Part shown: positions 30,804-40,959 of the stretch, one piece after another
Numbering within the stretch: the first letter of the stretch is position 1
Layout of the letters: each line of letters begins with the position of its first letter
NCBI GenBank assembly: GCA_022821275.1
Contig: JAJEDY010000021.1
Coordinates: 6,016-70,015, forward strand
Source: Candidatus Latescibacterota bacterium
GTDB lineage: Bacteria; Latescibacterota; UBA2968
DNA length: 64,000 bases
Reading direction: 5' to 3'
Position numbers and translations under genes: made by a program
Notes under the pieces: model-generated
The model's input: only the letters and a program-made list of their open reading frames with translations
Told to the model about the DNA's origin: nothing
Databases searched by the model: none

Positions 30804-31153
30804 GAATTGTGCTCCTTGTAGTGTAGTAAAGAAATGGAATACGCGATCCAGCTAAACATAACCTGTGTGGCCTTGTGTCGTCAAGCGCGAAAAAGTCCGC
30901 TCGCTGTGGGTTTGTGAAATCGGTGTATTTTTTTGTCTTTACAACCCGTTACAATTTATTACAATTTTCATGGGAACGAAGTGGATATGCCAGTTGTTTA
31001 ATGCTGTAAATACTGATTCACAAGAAACATGCAACTTTCTTTTCATTCACGCATTTAAAAAAGGTAGTCAATTCCAATATATAGTAGGCAGTATGTCAAT
31101 GCTGGCTCACAAGGATATTTCTCACTGTTGATATCGTTGCAAAGGAGCTAAAC

Positions 31154-34100
31154 ATGGCTCGGTGGTGTCTTTTCATGCGAAGCGCAATATTCGTCCTCAT
31201 TTTGGGTGTTTCAAGCTCTGCTTTCGGACAAGAATATTTTGGCAAAAACAAGGTCAATTACAGCCAGTACACCTGGCATTATATCGACAGTGAACACTTC
31301 ACGGTTTATTTTGACAAGGGTTCACTGGAGTTGGCCGAGTTTGTTGCCAAAGAAGCCGAAAGATCACTGGTACACATTGAGAAAACGCTGAAATATACAC
31401 TGAAGGATCGCTATCCCATTGTTATTTACAATTCTCACAATGGATTTTCGGTGTCGAATATTACCAGTGGGGAACAGTCTGAGTTTACGGGTGGATATAC
31501 CGAGTTCGCACAGGGACGCGTAGTGATTCCCTTTACGGGGTCTTATGGGGATTTGCAACATGTTATCCACCACGAGTTGGTTCACGCGGTTACGATTGAG
31601 TTGTGGACAGGTGGTGGCTGGTTGGGGTCTCTGGTTTCGCAGACATCGACATTGCCTCCGCTGTGGATTGCCGAGGGCATTGCCGAGTATGTGTCTCGAT
31701 ATGGCTGGCATAAAGAGCACGATAATTTTATGCGCGATGCAACCATTACCGGATATGTACCGACTATCGAAATGATGTCTCTGAGTTATTTTGCCTATCC
31801 CGGTGGGAATTCGGTTTTTTACATGATAGAACAGGAATACGGAAAGGACAAGGTGGCGTCTTTTATTTCTTCTTTCCGCACGGCTAAGAATCCCGATAAA
31901 GCACTCAAAGCATCTCTGGGATTTGGGATGAAGGAGTTGGAAGAAAAATATCAATTGTGGCTCAAGCGGCAATACTGGAATGAGATCAATTTGCGCCACA
32001 CGCCTAAAGAGATGGCAACAAATTTGACAGAGAGCGAAGATAGGCGTTCGTCGTATAATTTAGCTGCTGCGTTATCCCCACAAGGCGACAAGGTCGCGTA
32101 TTTGACCGATCGGAATGGCACGTTTGATATTTATTTGATGTCGGCGATTGACGGTAAAGACCTGGGGCGTTTGGTCGAGGGACAAAAGTCGTCTGCTTTT
32201 GAGTCGATGTTTGTTTTGCGGCCCGGATTTACCTGGTCTCCGGATGGCCGGCATATTGCATTCGCCGCTAAATCGAATAACAAAAATACCCTGTATATCC
32301 TCGAAGTTAAAAATAAACAGATTCGCAAGCGATTTAAGTTTGACCTCGATGGCTTGTTTGAACCCACCTGGTCACCCGATGGGAAAAAAATAGCCGTCGC
32401 GGGTATTAAAGACGGTTGGTCCGATGTCTATGTGGTCGATTTGAACGACGAGTCACTTACTCGGCTTACAAATGATCCCTATGACGAACGGCATCTGGAT
32501 TGGTCGCCCGATGGCACCTGGATCGCCATGAGTTCCGATCGTCCCGATACCCATTTGGAGTTCAGTGGGGGGAAGGATTTTGCTTTTGGTCAGTACGATA
32601 TTTTCTTATTGCGTACAGATGGCTCCGATATGCGCCGCATTGTCGCGTCTGAAGATGCTGAAGATTCGCATCCCGTGTGGGGTGCCGACAGCAAACACGT
32701 CGCCTTTGTTTCTGACCGCACGGGTGTGGGCAATATCTATATTGCAAATATCGACAGTACGCAGGAGATATATCCCATTACCAATTTGCTGTCAGGGGCG
32801 CAATATCTCGATTGGTCAGCCGATGGCAAAAAGATCGTGTTCAATGCGTTTCACAAGGGTGCTCTGGATATATTTGTGATGCGAGACCCCATCTCGCAGC
32901 GAAAAGAAATGGTGGATTTGCCGCGCACCCGGTTTGTCAAGCGCCTTGCTGGCGAAGATGAAAAGATGTTTGTCGAGTTGCAAAAGGAAAAATATGCGAG
33001 CCGTAAGATTGACAAAGTAGAAGCCGACAGTACTGTGGTTGATTCGATAGCAGAAAAAACAGAGAAGAAAGTGGCGCAGTGGATTTCCGATCAAGAAGCA
33101 CTTGCAGCGGCAGAGAGTGCGCCAGCCGATAGTACGGCTGAGATCGATACCACGCATCCGGTTGCAGGCAGTCCAGAAATGGTCGATACCGGCAAACAAG
33201 GGGTGAAAAATTGGGGCGAAAAGGAATTTCAGGTTAAGAAGTACAAGCTGAAATTCAAGCCCGAACTATTTGGTGCTCAGGCGGGGTTTGATACGTTCTA
33301 CGGTGTGAGTAGCTCCATTGTATTGTCCATGAGTGATGTGATGGGCGATCACCGCGCCACATTGGTGACGAGTCTGAATTTTTCGCTCAAAGACAGCGAT
33401 TTTCTGCTCGCTTATGCTTATTTGAAGAATCGCACAAATTACGGGGCGCAACTTTTTCACACGCGGTTCTTTTTCTTTGATAGTACAGGTCGCCTGACTG
33501 CGGATCGATATTACGGGCTTTCGGGGGGGCTTGAGCGACCATTTAACCGGTTCGCCCGTTTGGAACTCAGTACGCGTTTTGTTTCTATTGATCGCGAAGA
33601 GGTGTTTACCGATATCAACAATCCGTATTCGTACCAGCCGGGCTTTCGCGGCGTTGGGCGGTTTACAAGCCAATTGATCAACCGCCGCCGGGCGGCTATC
33701 GGCGAAGTGGCTCTGGTGGGCGATAGCGCGCTGTACAGTTTGTTTGGCGCGGTAGATGGGCATCGCTATCGGTTGAATTTTGAAGGTTCTGGCGCGGGCA
33801 TGAAATTTGCCACATTTACGCTGGATTATCGCAAATATATGCGGTTGTTAAACGAATATACTTTTGCCATCCGAATGTCGGGCGGAACGAGTTATGGTCC
33901 CAACAGCACCGTGTTTTTCATGGGCGGTGTGAACAATCCAGTCAATCCGACATTTTCGACCATTGCCAGTGTTGATCAGAGTCGCGTGTTTTTCTCTTCT
34001 TATGTCTGGCCTCTTCGCGGCGCGAGATTGCTCGAAATGGCGGGTGATTCTTATGCGCTGGCCAATGTCGCATTCCGATTTCCGCTCATCCGGCAATTGG

Positions 34101-34420
34101 CCATGGGCTGGCCCCTGCCGTTTTTCTTCCAGAATGTACAGGGCGAATTGTTCTTCGATATTGGAGGCGCTTTTGATCGCGCCAATTGGAGAGATGGGTG
34201 GGTTTCCCGAGATGGGGGTTTTGAACTCAATACGCCGCAAAACTATACGACGCCAGAAATCAGAAAAACAAAACCGCAGATAGCTGCCGGGTATGGGTTT
34301 GGGGTGCGGGTAAATTTGGGCTATTTCCTGTTCCGCTACGATCTGGCATGGCCCACAGATCTCGCAGAAACATATCATCCACACCAGTATTTCTCAATAG
34401 ATTTCACGGGCTTGTTCTAA
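31154..34420 (+). CDS. Gluzincin peptidase + TolB-like beta-propeller + Omp85/BamA-type barrel fusion
   Basis: Signal peptide, FGKNKV; HELVH and WIAEGIAEY; repeated WSPDG; C-terminal LRG, LFFDIG, GFGVR, FRYDLAWP. Confidence 0.85.
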   Translation: MARWCLFMRSAIFVLILGVSSSAFGQEYFGKNKVNYSQYTWHYIDSEHFTVYFDKGSLELAEFVAKEAERSLVHIEKTLKYTLKDRYPIVIYNSHNGFSVSNITSGEQSEFTGGYTEFAQGRVVIPFTGSYGDLQHVIHHELVHAVTIELWTGGGWLGSLVSQTSTLPPLWIAEGIAEYVSRYGWHKEHDNFMRDATITGYVPTIEMMSLSYFAYPGGNSVFYMIEQEYGKDKVASFISSFRTAKNPDKALKASLGFGMKELEEKYQLWLKRQYWNEINLRHTPKEMATNLTESEDRRSSYNLAAALSPQGDKVAYLTDRNGTFDIYLMSAIDGKDLGRLVEGQKSSAFESMFVLRPGFTWSPDGRHIAFAAKSNNKNTLYILEVKNKQIRKRFKFDLDGLFEPTWSPDGKKIAVAGIKDGWSDVYVVDLNDESLTRLTNDPYDERHLDWSPDGTWIAMSSDRPDTHLEFSGGKDFAFGQYDIFLLRTDGSDMRRIVASEDAEDSHPVWGADSKHVAFVSDRTGVGNIYIANIDSTQEIYPITNLLSGAQYLDWSADGKKIVFNAFHKGALDIFVMRDPISQRKEMVDLPRTRFVKRLAGEDEKMFVELQKEKYASRKIDKVEADSTVVDSIAEKTEKKVAQWISDQEALAAAESAPADSTAEIDTTHPVAGSPEMVDTGKQGVKNWGEKEFQVKKYKLKFKPELFGAQAGFDTFYGVSSSIVLSMSDVMGDHRATLVTSLNFSLKDSDFLLAYAYLKNRTNYGAQLFHTRFFFFDSTGRLTADRYYGLSGGLERPFNRFARLELSTRFVSIDREEVFTDINNPYSYQPGFRGVGRFTSQLINRRRAAIGEVALVGDSALYSLFGAVDGHRYRLNFEGSGAGMKFATFTLDYRKYMRLLNEYTFAIRMSGGTSYGPNSTVFFMGGVNNPVNPTFSTIASVDQSRVFFSSYVWPLRGARLLEMAGDSYALANVAFRFPLIRQLAMGWPLPFFFQNVQGELFFDIGGAFDRANWRDGWVSRDGGFELNTPQNYTTPEIRKTKPQIAAGYGFGVRVNLGYFLFRYDLAWPTDLAETYHPHQYFSIDFTGLF

Positions 34421-34445
34421 TCCGCAGCTGGACGCAGAGAAAAGA

Positions 34446-34477
34446 GGAGAGGCGTGCTGTACGTCTCTCCTTTTTTT
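34446..34477 (+). terminator. Intrinsic terminator
   Basis: GGAGAGGCGT-5nt-ACGTCTCTCC followed by T7. Confidence 0.8.
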
Positions 34478-34563
34478 GTTGGGTTGATGGATGGTGATTT
34501 TTTTTGTATTATTTGAAGTGGTCAAAACGCGAGGTGAGAAAGATTTTTTATGAGGGATTTGTT

Positions 34564-34878
34564 ATGACAGCCAAAGAGTATTACATGGCGGGGTTGAGTA
34601 AGTTAGGGGCTGGGGATTTGGAGGGCGCGATTACCGAATTTGAGAAGGCTGTATCTGACGATGCTTCATTTTACATGGCGCATCTGGGATGGGCACAGGC
34701 ATTGGATCGGCAGGGGAAGGTTGACGAGGCGATTGAACAGGTCAATTGCGCTTTGCAAATTGTGCCCGATGAGGCACTCGCGCATACGAGTCTATCGCGA
34801 TTATATCAGCAGAAAGGGATGATTGAAGAGGCCGAAAAGGAAATGGCTATTTCTCACCGACTTTCTCAAAATATTTAA
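34564..34878 (+). CDS. Tetratricopeptide repeat protein
   Basis: TPR-like helices (A..EFEKA, AHLGWAQAL..QGKVDEAI, AHTSLSRLYQQKG). Confidence 0.85.
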   Translation: MTAKEYYMAGLSKLGAGDLEGAITEFEKAVSDDASFYMAHLGWAQALDRQGKVDEAIEQVNCALQIVPDEALAHTSLSRLYQQKGMIEEAEKEMAISHRLSQNI

Positions 34879-34881
34879 AAA

Positions 34882-36906
34882 ATGACGCTTGTACTGAAAA
34901 TGAGGACGTCCTGTTTGGGCGTCCTTTCTGTTTTTATCTTGATGGCGTGTGTGACAGCAAATGCAAATTCGGTTGATTCGCTGCTGGCTCGCGCGCAAAG
35001 CGATACATTGAGATCGCTTGACTACCGCATTGGTTTGCTCAAGAAAGCACTCAGGGTGGACGGCGATCGCGCAGATGTCTGTGCGGCATTGGGCGCGTTA
35101 TTTATGCAAAAGAACACGCCTGCGAGCAGGTTGCGCGCAGATCGCTATATTTATCGCGCGATTGTACTGGATCCCGAGAATATAGCGTATCGTCTGTCTT
35201 ACGCGACTTTACAGCGCAAGAAGGGCTTTCGGTACAATGCCAGGCGATATTTTGAAAAGGTGCTCAGCATAGATTCAACGCAGGTCGATGCAGCCTGTGA
35301 AGTGGGCGATTATTATTTACAGGATATGTTGAAATACGTTGATGCACGGCGTTTTGATGGAGGTGGGAGTATGCGGTCTTTTGCAATGGAAAGTGTGCAA
35401 ACGGCCGCGGATTATTACCATTACGCACTTGCATATGATCCCTATTGCAGGCGCGCGTATTACGGGTTGGGTATGCTGAGTATAGAGGGCGGATATAAAG
35501 AGGATTTGATTGTTATTGCGCAGGCACTTTTAGACCGGTGGCCGCAGGATCGGGATGGACTTTTGTTTTTGGGATTGGGGTATTATGCAGCCGAAAAGTA
35601 CGAGGCGGCGGGCAAAGCATTTGATCGCGCGTACGCACAGATGGATTCGGTTGGGCAGGCTGCGATGACTTCAATAGAATTGTTGGGCGGTGGAGATGAG
35701 GTACCTGCGTTTTTTTGGCAAAAGCGCGACCCTTTGTTTCTCTCGCCTGTGAACGAAAGAAATCTGGCACATCGCGGGCGGGTTGCTTATGCAAATTTGA
35801 GATTTGGTCTGCCCGATGAGGGGGTTGCGGGTTGGGAAACGGATATGGGCAAGGTCTGGATTCGCTATGGTCGCTATGTCAATCGCGTGAGAACACTTAT
35901 TCCGCATCGAGAGATCTGGACATACGAAGATTTTTCAATAGATTTTTTTTCCTATGATTCCGTGCATTGGAAATTGGAATTGATGAAGGATGAGCGATGG
36001 GCACTCGTTCCGGGCGGATGGGGCAGAAGTCAGATTCTGTCGCCCAATTTTTATTTACCCGAGCGCTATGTCGATCCATATCGAGACCAGAAATACGGAT
36101 TGCCCGTGCAGGTGGGATTTTTCAAAGCTGAAGAAGGACAGGTCAAGGTGGCTCTTTCGTGGGGCATTCTCAAGCGCCAGTTGCAATATCTCAAACTCTA
36201 TGAGACCTATCAGGTCGAATTAGATGCCGGTATTTTTGTTCATCGAGGCAATGGAGAAGAGATAACGAGTGTCAGGTGGCAGCCAGAGGCATTTCGAGAT
36301 GTCTGGACCGATTCATTGAAGGAGCGGTATTTGTTGGGGCAACGCGACCTGATTTTAGCGCCAGATCAACAAGGCGCCGATTCACTCGCGCTGTCTTTAG
36401 AAATTAGAGATGTGGGAAAGAAAACAGTGGGCGTGTTCCGCGATACCGTTTTTGTACAGGCATTTCCCGATGATGTGATTTCTATGAGTTCTGTGTTGTT
36501 GGCTTCACATGCGGGGGAAGGGAAAGAGGGGATAGAGGTCATCCCCAATCCGTTGAGGACTTTTGACGCAGACGAGTTGTTGTATCTCTATTTTGAGGTC
36601 TATAATCTGGTACGCGATGCGTTTGGACAGACGGATTTTTCTGTGACGTACAGAGTAGGACCGCCAGATTTGAGACGCTTTTCCGACAAACAGGACCGGA
36701 AGGCGATTGCGCAATTGGGTATAAGTGATGACAGGTGGCGTATTTCCGTGAGTACAGATTATCGAGGTGGGGATATGCAGGAGCCGATTTATTTATCCGT
36801 TGATTTAAGTGAGTTGGGACCTGGCGTGCATCTGCTCTCCATAGTCGTCACGGACCGTCAAACGGGCTTACAGGCCTGGCGAGAAACCCTGTTTCGCATT
36901 TTGTGA
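34882..36906 (+). CDS. GWxTD domain-containing protein with N-terminal TPRs
   Basis: FWQKRDP...NER..H..RVAYAN..F, GWETDMGKVWIRYG; signal peptide. Confidence 0.85.
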   Translation: MTLVLKMRTSCLGVLSVFILMACVTANANSVDSLLARAQSDTLRSLDYRIGLLKKALRVDGDRADVCAALGALFMQKNTPASRLRADRYIYRAIVLDPENIAYRLSYATLQRKKGFRYNARRYFEKVLSIDSTQVDAACEVGDYYLQDMLKYVDARRFDGGGSMRSFAMESVQTAADYYHYALAYDPYCRRAYYGLGMLSIEGGYKEDLIVIAQALLDRWPQDRDGLLFLGLGYYAAEKYEAAGKAFDRAYAQMDSVGQAAMTSIELLGGGDEVPAFFWQKRDPLFLSPVNERNLAHRGRVAYANLRFGLPDEGVAGWETDMGKVWIRYGRYVNRVRTLIPHREIWTYEDFSIDFFSYDSVHWKLELMKDERWALVPGGWGRSQILSPNFYLPERYVDPYRDQKYGLPVQVGFFKAEEGQVKVALSWGILKRQLQYLKLYETYQVELDAGIFVHRGNGEEITSVRWQPEAFRDVWTDSLKERYLLGQRDLILAPDQQGADSLALSLEIRDVGKKTVGVFRDTVFVQAFPDDVISMSSVLLASHAGEGKEGIEVIPNPLRTFDADELLYLYFEVYNLVRDAFGQTDFSVTYRVGPPDLRRFSDKQDRKAIAQLGISDDRWRISVSTDYRGGDMQEPIYLSVDLSELGPGVHLLSIVVTDRQTGLQAWRETLFRIL

Positions 36907-36916
36907 CGGCAGAGAC

Positions 36917-37909
36917 TTATTTTTTCGCTTTTTTGTACCAAAGGAGCTTGATCAGTGGAGGGCCGCCAAATAAAATAAAGCCGAAAATTGCGACTGCGTG
37001 TACCGATGTGGCAAATGCCAATGCGGTTTCTTGTGGCACATGGTAGAAATGTATGAGGGTTTGGGCGCAAAAGAAATGGTAAGCACCTATACCTCCCGGA
37101 GCGGGAAGGACAAATCCGATCGTGGCGAAGGTCATTACAACCATAGCTTCAAACAAGCCGAGGTTGTAATCGTGTGATAGGTCAAAACTGTAGAAGGGCA
37201 AGTACATGGCGAACAAATAAAGGCTGTTGAGAATCAGGGTGGATACCAAAATCCCCGCGTAGCCTTCCACAGTGTGAATGGCTCTCATGCCCTGCAAAAA
37301 AGAACGCAAAATATGGGTTGCACCATCGGCCAGCCTCGGAGAGAGGCGCGCCAGCAAGCGATGGAAAAAAGACAGACCGCGTTCTCCACGGGCGGAGAGC
37401 AGTCCCAAAAATACGAAAGCAAACAGGATGATGGGCAATGCCAGCAAGGCGACTTGTTCAAGGCCGGGGAATGCCTCGCCGATCTGCTCTCTGGCAAAGA
37501 ATAAAACGATGCCAAAGATGATCAAGAGGGTGAGTATATCGAGCAAGCGTTCTACAATCACTGTCGCCAGGATTGCACTGATGCCGGTTGGGTGATCCCT
37601 TTCGAGGGCAAGGGCACGCGCAACTTCGCCAGCGCGTGGGAATACGACATTGCCCGCGTAGGCGACCATGACAGCCCAGAATGCCGAGCGAATGGAAATA
37701 TTGGGGTCAACGGGCAATAGCAAAATGCGCCAACGCCATGCTCGGGGCAAGCCCGAAGCGATGATGATGATGGCCGATATGAGCAACCACAAAGGATTGG
37801 CTGTTTGCAGGGCCTCCTCAAGGAGCGTTCCATTGACATCTCTAAACGCTGCCCAGAGAAAGCCTCCCATTAATACGAGACTGGCTGCGAGTTTGAGAAA
37901 GTTTTTCAT
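36917..37909 (-). CDS. Lysylphosphatidylglycerol synthase TM (flippase-like) family protein
   Basis: RAWRWRILL, N.VFPRAGEVAR, ERLLD, PAPGGIGAYH. Confidence 0.87.
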   Translation of the reverse strand: MKNFLKLAASLVLMGGFLWAAFRDVNGTLLEEALQTANPLWLLISAIIIIASGLPRAWRWRILLLPVDPNISIRSAFWAVMVAYAGNVVFPRAGEVARALALERDHPTGISAILATVIVERLLDILTLLIIFGIVLFFAREQIGEAFPGLEQVALLALPIILFAFVFLGLLSARGERGLSFFHRLLARLSPRLADGATHILRSFLQGMRAIHTVEGYAGILVSTLILNSLYLFAMYLPFYSFDLSHDYNLGLFEAMVVMTFATIGFVLPAPGGIGAYHFFCAQTLIHFYHVPQETALAFATSVHAVAIFGFILFGGPPLIKLLWYKKAKK

Positions 37910-38793
37910 GATAGGCCATATCCCAGGCTGCGAAGGGCGGTGTCTTTTTTTCGCCAGTTCTCATAGACTTTGACGTGCAGGTCGAGATAAATTGGGTGTT
38001 CCAAGAATGCCTCGATTTTTTTTCTTGCCTGATGTCCAATGGTTTTGAGGGTTTTTCCCCCTCGTCCTATAACAATGCCTTTTTGCGAATTGCGTTCGAC
38101 AATGATATTGGCCTGAATATAGACTTTGGGGCGGTTTTCTTCAAAAGCCTCAATGTCGATTGCCGTTGCATAAGGCAATTCCTGGCGCAGGTGGTGGAAC
38201 ACTTCCTCTCGAATGAGTTCTGCAACGAAAAATCTTTCGGGCTGTTCGGTGAGCATATCTTCTGGATAGTATTGTGGGCCTTCTGGCAGTGCATGGCGCA
38301 AAGCGGTGTGAAGGGCTGGTACGCCCTTCCCGGTAGTGGCCGCGACAGATAAAACGACCTGCGTAGCGAGTGAGGCGCGAATCTGTTGTTCGCAGCGTTT
38401 TGCTCGTTCGCGCGAGATGAGGTCGGTCTTGTTTACGGCGATGATTTTGGGAATATCCCATTGTCCGAAGATTTGTCGTACTTCGGCGTCATAGGAGGTA
38501 TCAAATTTTGAACCATCGACAATGCCCAAAAGCACATCGGCACTTTGATATGCACGTCCAATTTGTCGGTTCATAAAATCGTGAAGGCGATAGCGCGCCG
38601 ACAAGATACCGGGGGTATCGAGAAATATCATTTGAGCCTGTTTATCTGTCACAATCCCCAGGATATTATTACGGGTAGTTTGGGGTTTGGGCGAAATAAT
38701 GGATAGACGCTCCCCCACGAGTGCATTAAAAAGTGTGGATTTGCCGACATTGGTGCGTCCCGCGATTATGACATATCCAGATTTGAAAGCCAT
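37906..38793 (-). CDS. era: GTPase Era
   Basis: GRTNVGKSTL, KPQTTR, DTPG, NKTD, ELPY, KH domain QKGIVIGRGG. Confidence 0.97.
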   Translation of the reverse strand: MAFKSGYVIIAGRTNVGKSTLFNALVGERLSIISPKPQTTRNNILGIVTDKQAQMIFLDTPGILSARYRLHDFMNRQIGRAYQSADVLLGIVDGSKFDTSYDAEVRQIFGQWDIPKIIAVNKTDLISRERAKRCEQQIRASLATQVVLSVAATTGKGVPALHTALRHALPEGPQYYPEDMLTEQPERFFVAELIREEVFHHLRQELPYATAIDIEAFEENRPKVYIQANIIVERNSQKGIVIGRGGKTLKTIGHQARKKIEAFLEHPIYLDLHVKVYENWRKKDTALRSLGYGLS

Positions 38794-38803
38794 CACTGTC
38801 CAA

Positions 38804-39778
38804 TCAAAAAAATAAAGAGGCCGAAATGCGGTACGTATTGTCGAGTTGGTCGTGTTCCATAAAGGCGAGATCTACGCCAAATCGACTGAGTTGCAGGCCA
38901 GTGCCCGCCGTAAAGTGCCCGTCCTTATATCCGAGGCGAAATGCGAGGCGGTGTTGCAGGCGGTATTCTGTCCCCAGTTGTATGCTGCGCGTTTTTTCTC
39001 GTGTCGATTTTTTGTCATTCAGGTGCGTGCTAAAACCGACTGTCATATCGCCGCCGGGCACCCTGCGTTGGAGGGCAGAGCCAATGAGAAGAGACGGCGA
39101 AATGCGATCTGCAATGCCGTCGGGAAATGCAATGCGCGTCTTTGTAAGATCGCGTATTGCCGCGCCAATGCGAAACGTCGAGGTGGGTATATAGAGTAGG
39201 CCGATGTCCAGGCCAAAGCCGCTTCCGATGCCCACGCTGAGATCGCGTCTGATCATTTTTATTCCTGCTCCAAGACGCAATTTATCTGTGATATGTCGCC
39301 CATAAGCGATTCGAAAGACATAATCAGCAGTGCCAATTTTATCGATTATTACGGGGCGATTGTCTGGGCCAATTGGACGGTCTGGATCTTCCAGACCCGT
39401 CAGGGCAATTCCATCAACGCCAGCGCGAACAATGCCCAGGCCAATGCCGCCTTTTCTCAGGGGCAAGCGCAATGCAAAAATATCGTGATTCACACTGCCG
39501 CCAAATTGCTCGGCATGTTGTATGTGAATCTCTCGTTTGGGTGGTGATGAACTTTTGCCGAAGCCCGTCCTGGAATACACCTCTGGGACAAGTCCTGCGG
39601 GATTCCAATAGATTGCTGTTGCATCAAAACTAAGCGCGACATAAGCACTGCCCATGCCCAGAGCGCGGGCACCGGCACCCAATAAGAGTGGATCACCTGT
39701 ATAATGGGATGTCTGTGCAAGAGTTGGACTTGTAAGCGTGCATATGCTATACAGCGCCAGGGTCGCAAAGCGTTTCAA
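38804..39778 (-). CDS. PorV/PorQ (FadL-like) outer-membrane barrel protein
   Basis: GAGARALGMGSAYVA...DATAIYWNPAGL; C-terminal YRISASLFF. Confidence 0.82.
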   Translation of the reverse strand: MKRFATLALYSICTLTSPTLAQTSHYTGDPLLLGAGARALGMGSAYVALSFDATAIYWNPAGLVPEVYSRTGFGKSSSPPKREIHIQHAEQFGGSVNHDIFALRLPLRKGGIGLGIVRAGVDGIALTGLEDPDRPIGPDNRPVIIDKIGTADYVFRIAYGRHITDKLRLGAGIKMIRRDLSVGIGSGFGLDIGLLYIPTSTFRIGAAIRDLTKTRIAFPDGIADRISPSLLIGSALQRRVPGGDMTVGFSTHLNDKKSTREKTRSIQLGTEYRLQHRLAFRLGYKDGHFTAGTGLQLSRFGVDLAFMEHDQLDNTYRISASLFF

Positions 39779-40371
39779 TGATTGGCCTCTACATGGGGGA
39801 TGAAAATGGCGATATTGCCGGGACGCAATGCCGATCCCAGGGCTTTGATATCGACAGGAGATAAAGTGATGTGCGGGGTGGCACCTGTTGAAACTCCGTC
39901 CGCTCGAATGACGAGGTTTGGCGCAAAATAGAGACGGGAACGATGGCGAGGCCCTTCTATCAGACGTCTGGAGAAGTCGAGGGGGAAAAGCCGCCCGCGA
40001 AGTCGCAGATTGGCATTGCCGGGTTCAACCGAGATGGGATCAATTCTGTTCACAAAGCGGTAGTTATAGGTGTGGCGTTCTTCTATCGGTGACAAGCTGA
40101 GAATAGCGCATGTTCTCAGCACATTGCCCTGTGCTTTGAGGTGAATTTGCTTTGACGGAATGTCGATGATAAGGTAGAAGTCGTCCGGTGATGTTTTAAC
40201 CTGGTCGAGTTCGCGAACGAGGGCTTCGCGGTAGTTTTGGAGAACGATTTTGTCCTGACCAGATACATGGGTTTCTACAAGAAGCAAAAAACTTAGTAGA
40301 TATAGACCCGGTCGCCAACTTGTAGTGAGCGATACACAAAGGCCAGGTCTTCGTCGTTGAGGCGAATACAT
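39775..40371 (-). CDS. Hypothetical protein, degenerate L,D-transpeptidase-like (start uncertain, 40287-40371)
   Basis: YLIIDIPSKQIHLK..NVLRTC and ITLSPVDIKAL...PGNIAIF parallel the neighbouring LDT but lack HGC; the upstream part of the track ORF overlaps the LDT gene. Confidence 0.5.
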   Translation of the reverse strand: MYSPQRRRPGLCVSLTTSWRPGLYLLSFLLLVETHVSGQDKIVLQNYREALVRELDQVKTSPDDFYLIIDIPSKQIHLKAQGNVLRTCAILSLSPIEERHTYNYRFVNRIDPISVEPGNANLRLRGRLFPLDFSRRLIEGPRHRSRLYFAPNLVIRADGVSTGATPHITLSPVDIKALGSALRPGNIAIFIPHVEANH

Positions 40372-40880
40372 CCGTGCGTGATATGCCGTCCGAGCAATGT
40401 GGGATAAAGAGTGCCGTGAATTTCGTACCCGTCGCCCAATTTGAGGGCGTAGGCACCGAGGGTTGTTCGGTCGAGACGCCGAAACTCCCAGGGTAATACA
40501 GTGGGTTCTTCTCCATTTTCGACAAAGGCCCACAGGGGCTTGGCCCAGATGGGGTCTGTCACTTTGTGCAAAATAGTTCTGATACCCAATGGGGTGTAAA
40601 ACTGCCAGCGTGCCGAAGCACCCGGATGAAGCAGTACTTTGCCGCTGCCTGTCGCACACGTCGCTTCTCGTATCATCTGGTTGTTGTGCCAAACTTGAAG
40701 ACGGTTGTGTGCGGTATCAATAACGATGTAGGTCTCGGTTGCGTGCCGTTTCAATGCTTCCTGGAGCGATGCGATATCAGCTTTGAGTTGTTCGATATCC
40801 GTTTCTCGCGCGGGTAGATGCGAGCAAAAACTGAAGAACAAATAGAGCGCGAGGAATAATATGGTGTGAAAGCTGTGCAT
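40293..40880 (-). CDS. L,D-transpeptidase (YkuD family)
   Basis: YIVIDT..NRL, TPLG, YEIHGT...THGCIRL, GDRVYIY. Confidence 0.92.
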   Translation of the reverse strand: MHSFHTILFLALYLFFSFCSHLPARETDIEQLKADIASLQEALKRHATETYIVIDTAHNRLQVWHNNQMIREATCATGSGKVLLHPGASARWQFYTPLGIRTILHKVTDPIWAKPLWAFVENGEEPTVLPWEFRRLDRTTLGAYALKLGDGYEIHGTLYPTLLGRHITHGCIRLNDEDLAFVYRSLQVGDRVYIY

Positions 40881-40898
40881 GTATGGCTTAGAAATTGC

Positions 40899-40931
40899 AA
40901 AACCGAGGTGCTCTTTGCGCGCCTCGGTTTT
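40899..40931. terminator. Putative intrinsic terminator/attenuator
   Basis: AAAACCGAGG...CCTCGGTTTT hairpin downstream of the lipoprotein gene. Confidence 0.7.
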
Positions 40932-40959
40932 GTCTTTATAAAAAGATATTTGGGTGGTG

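Noticed and set aside
38804-39778. Type IX secretion locus
   Set aside because: Only a lone PorV-like barrel is present, with no other Por/Gld/Spr genes in the window
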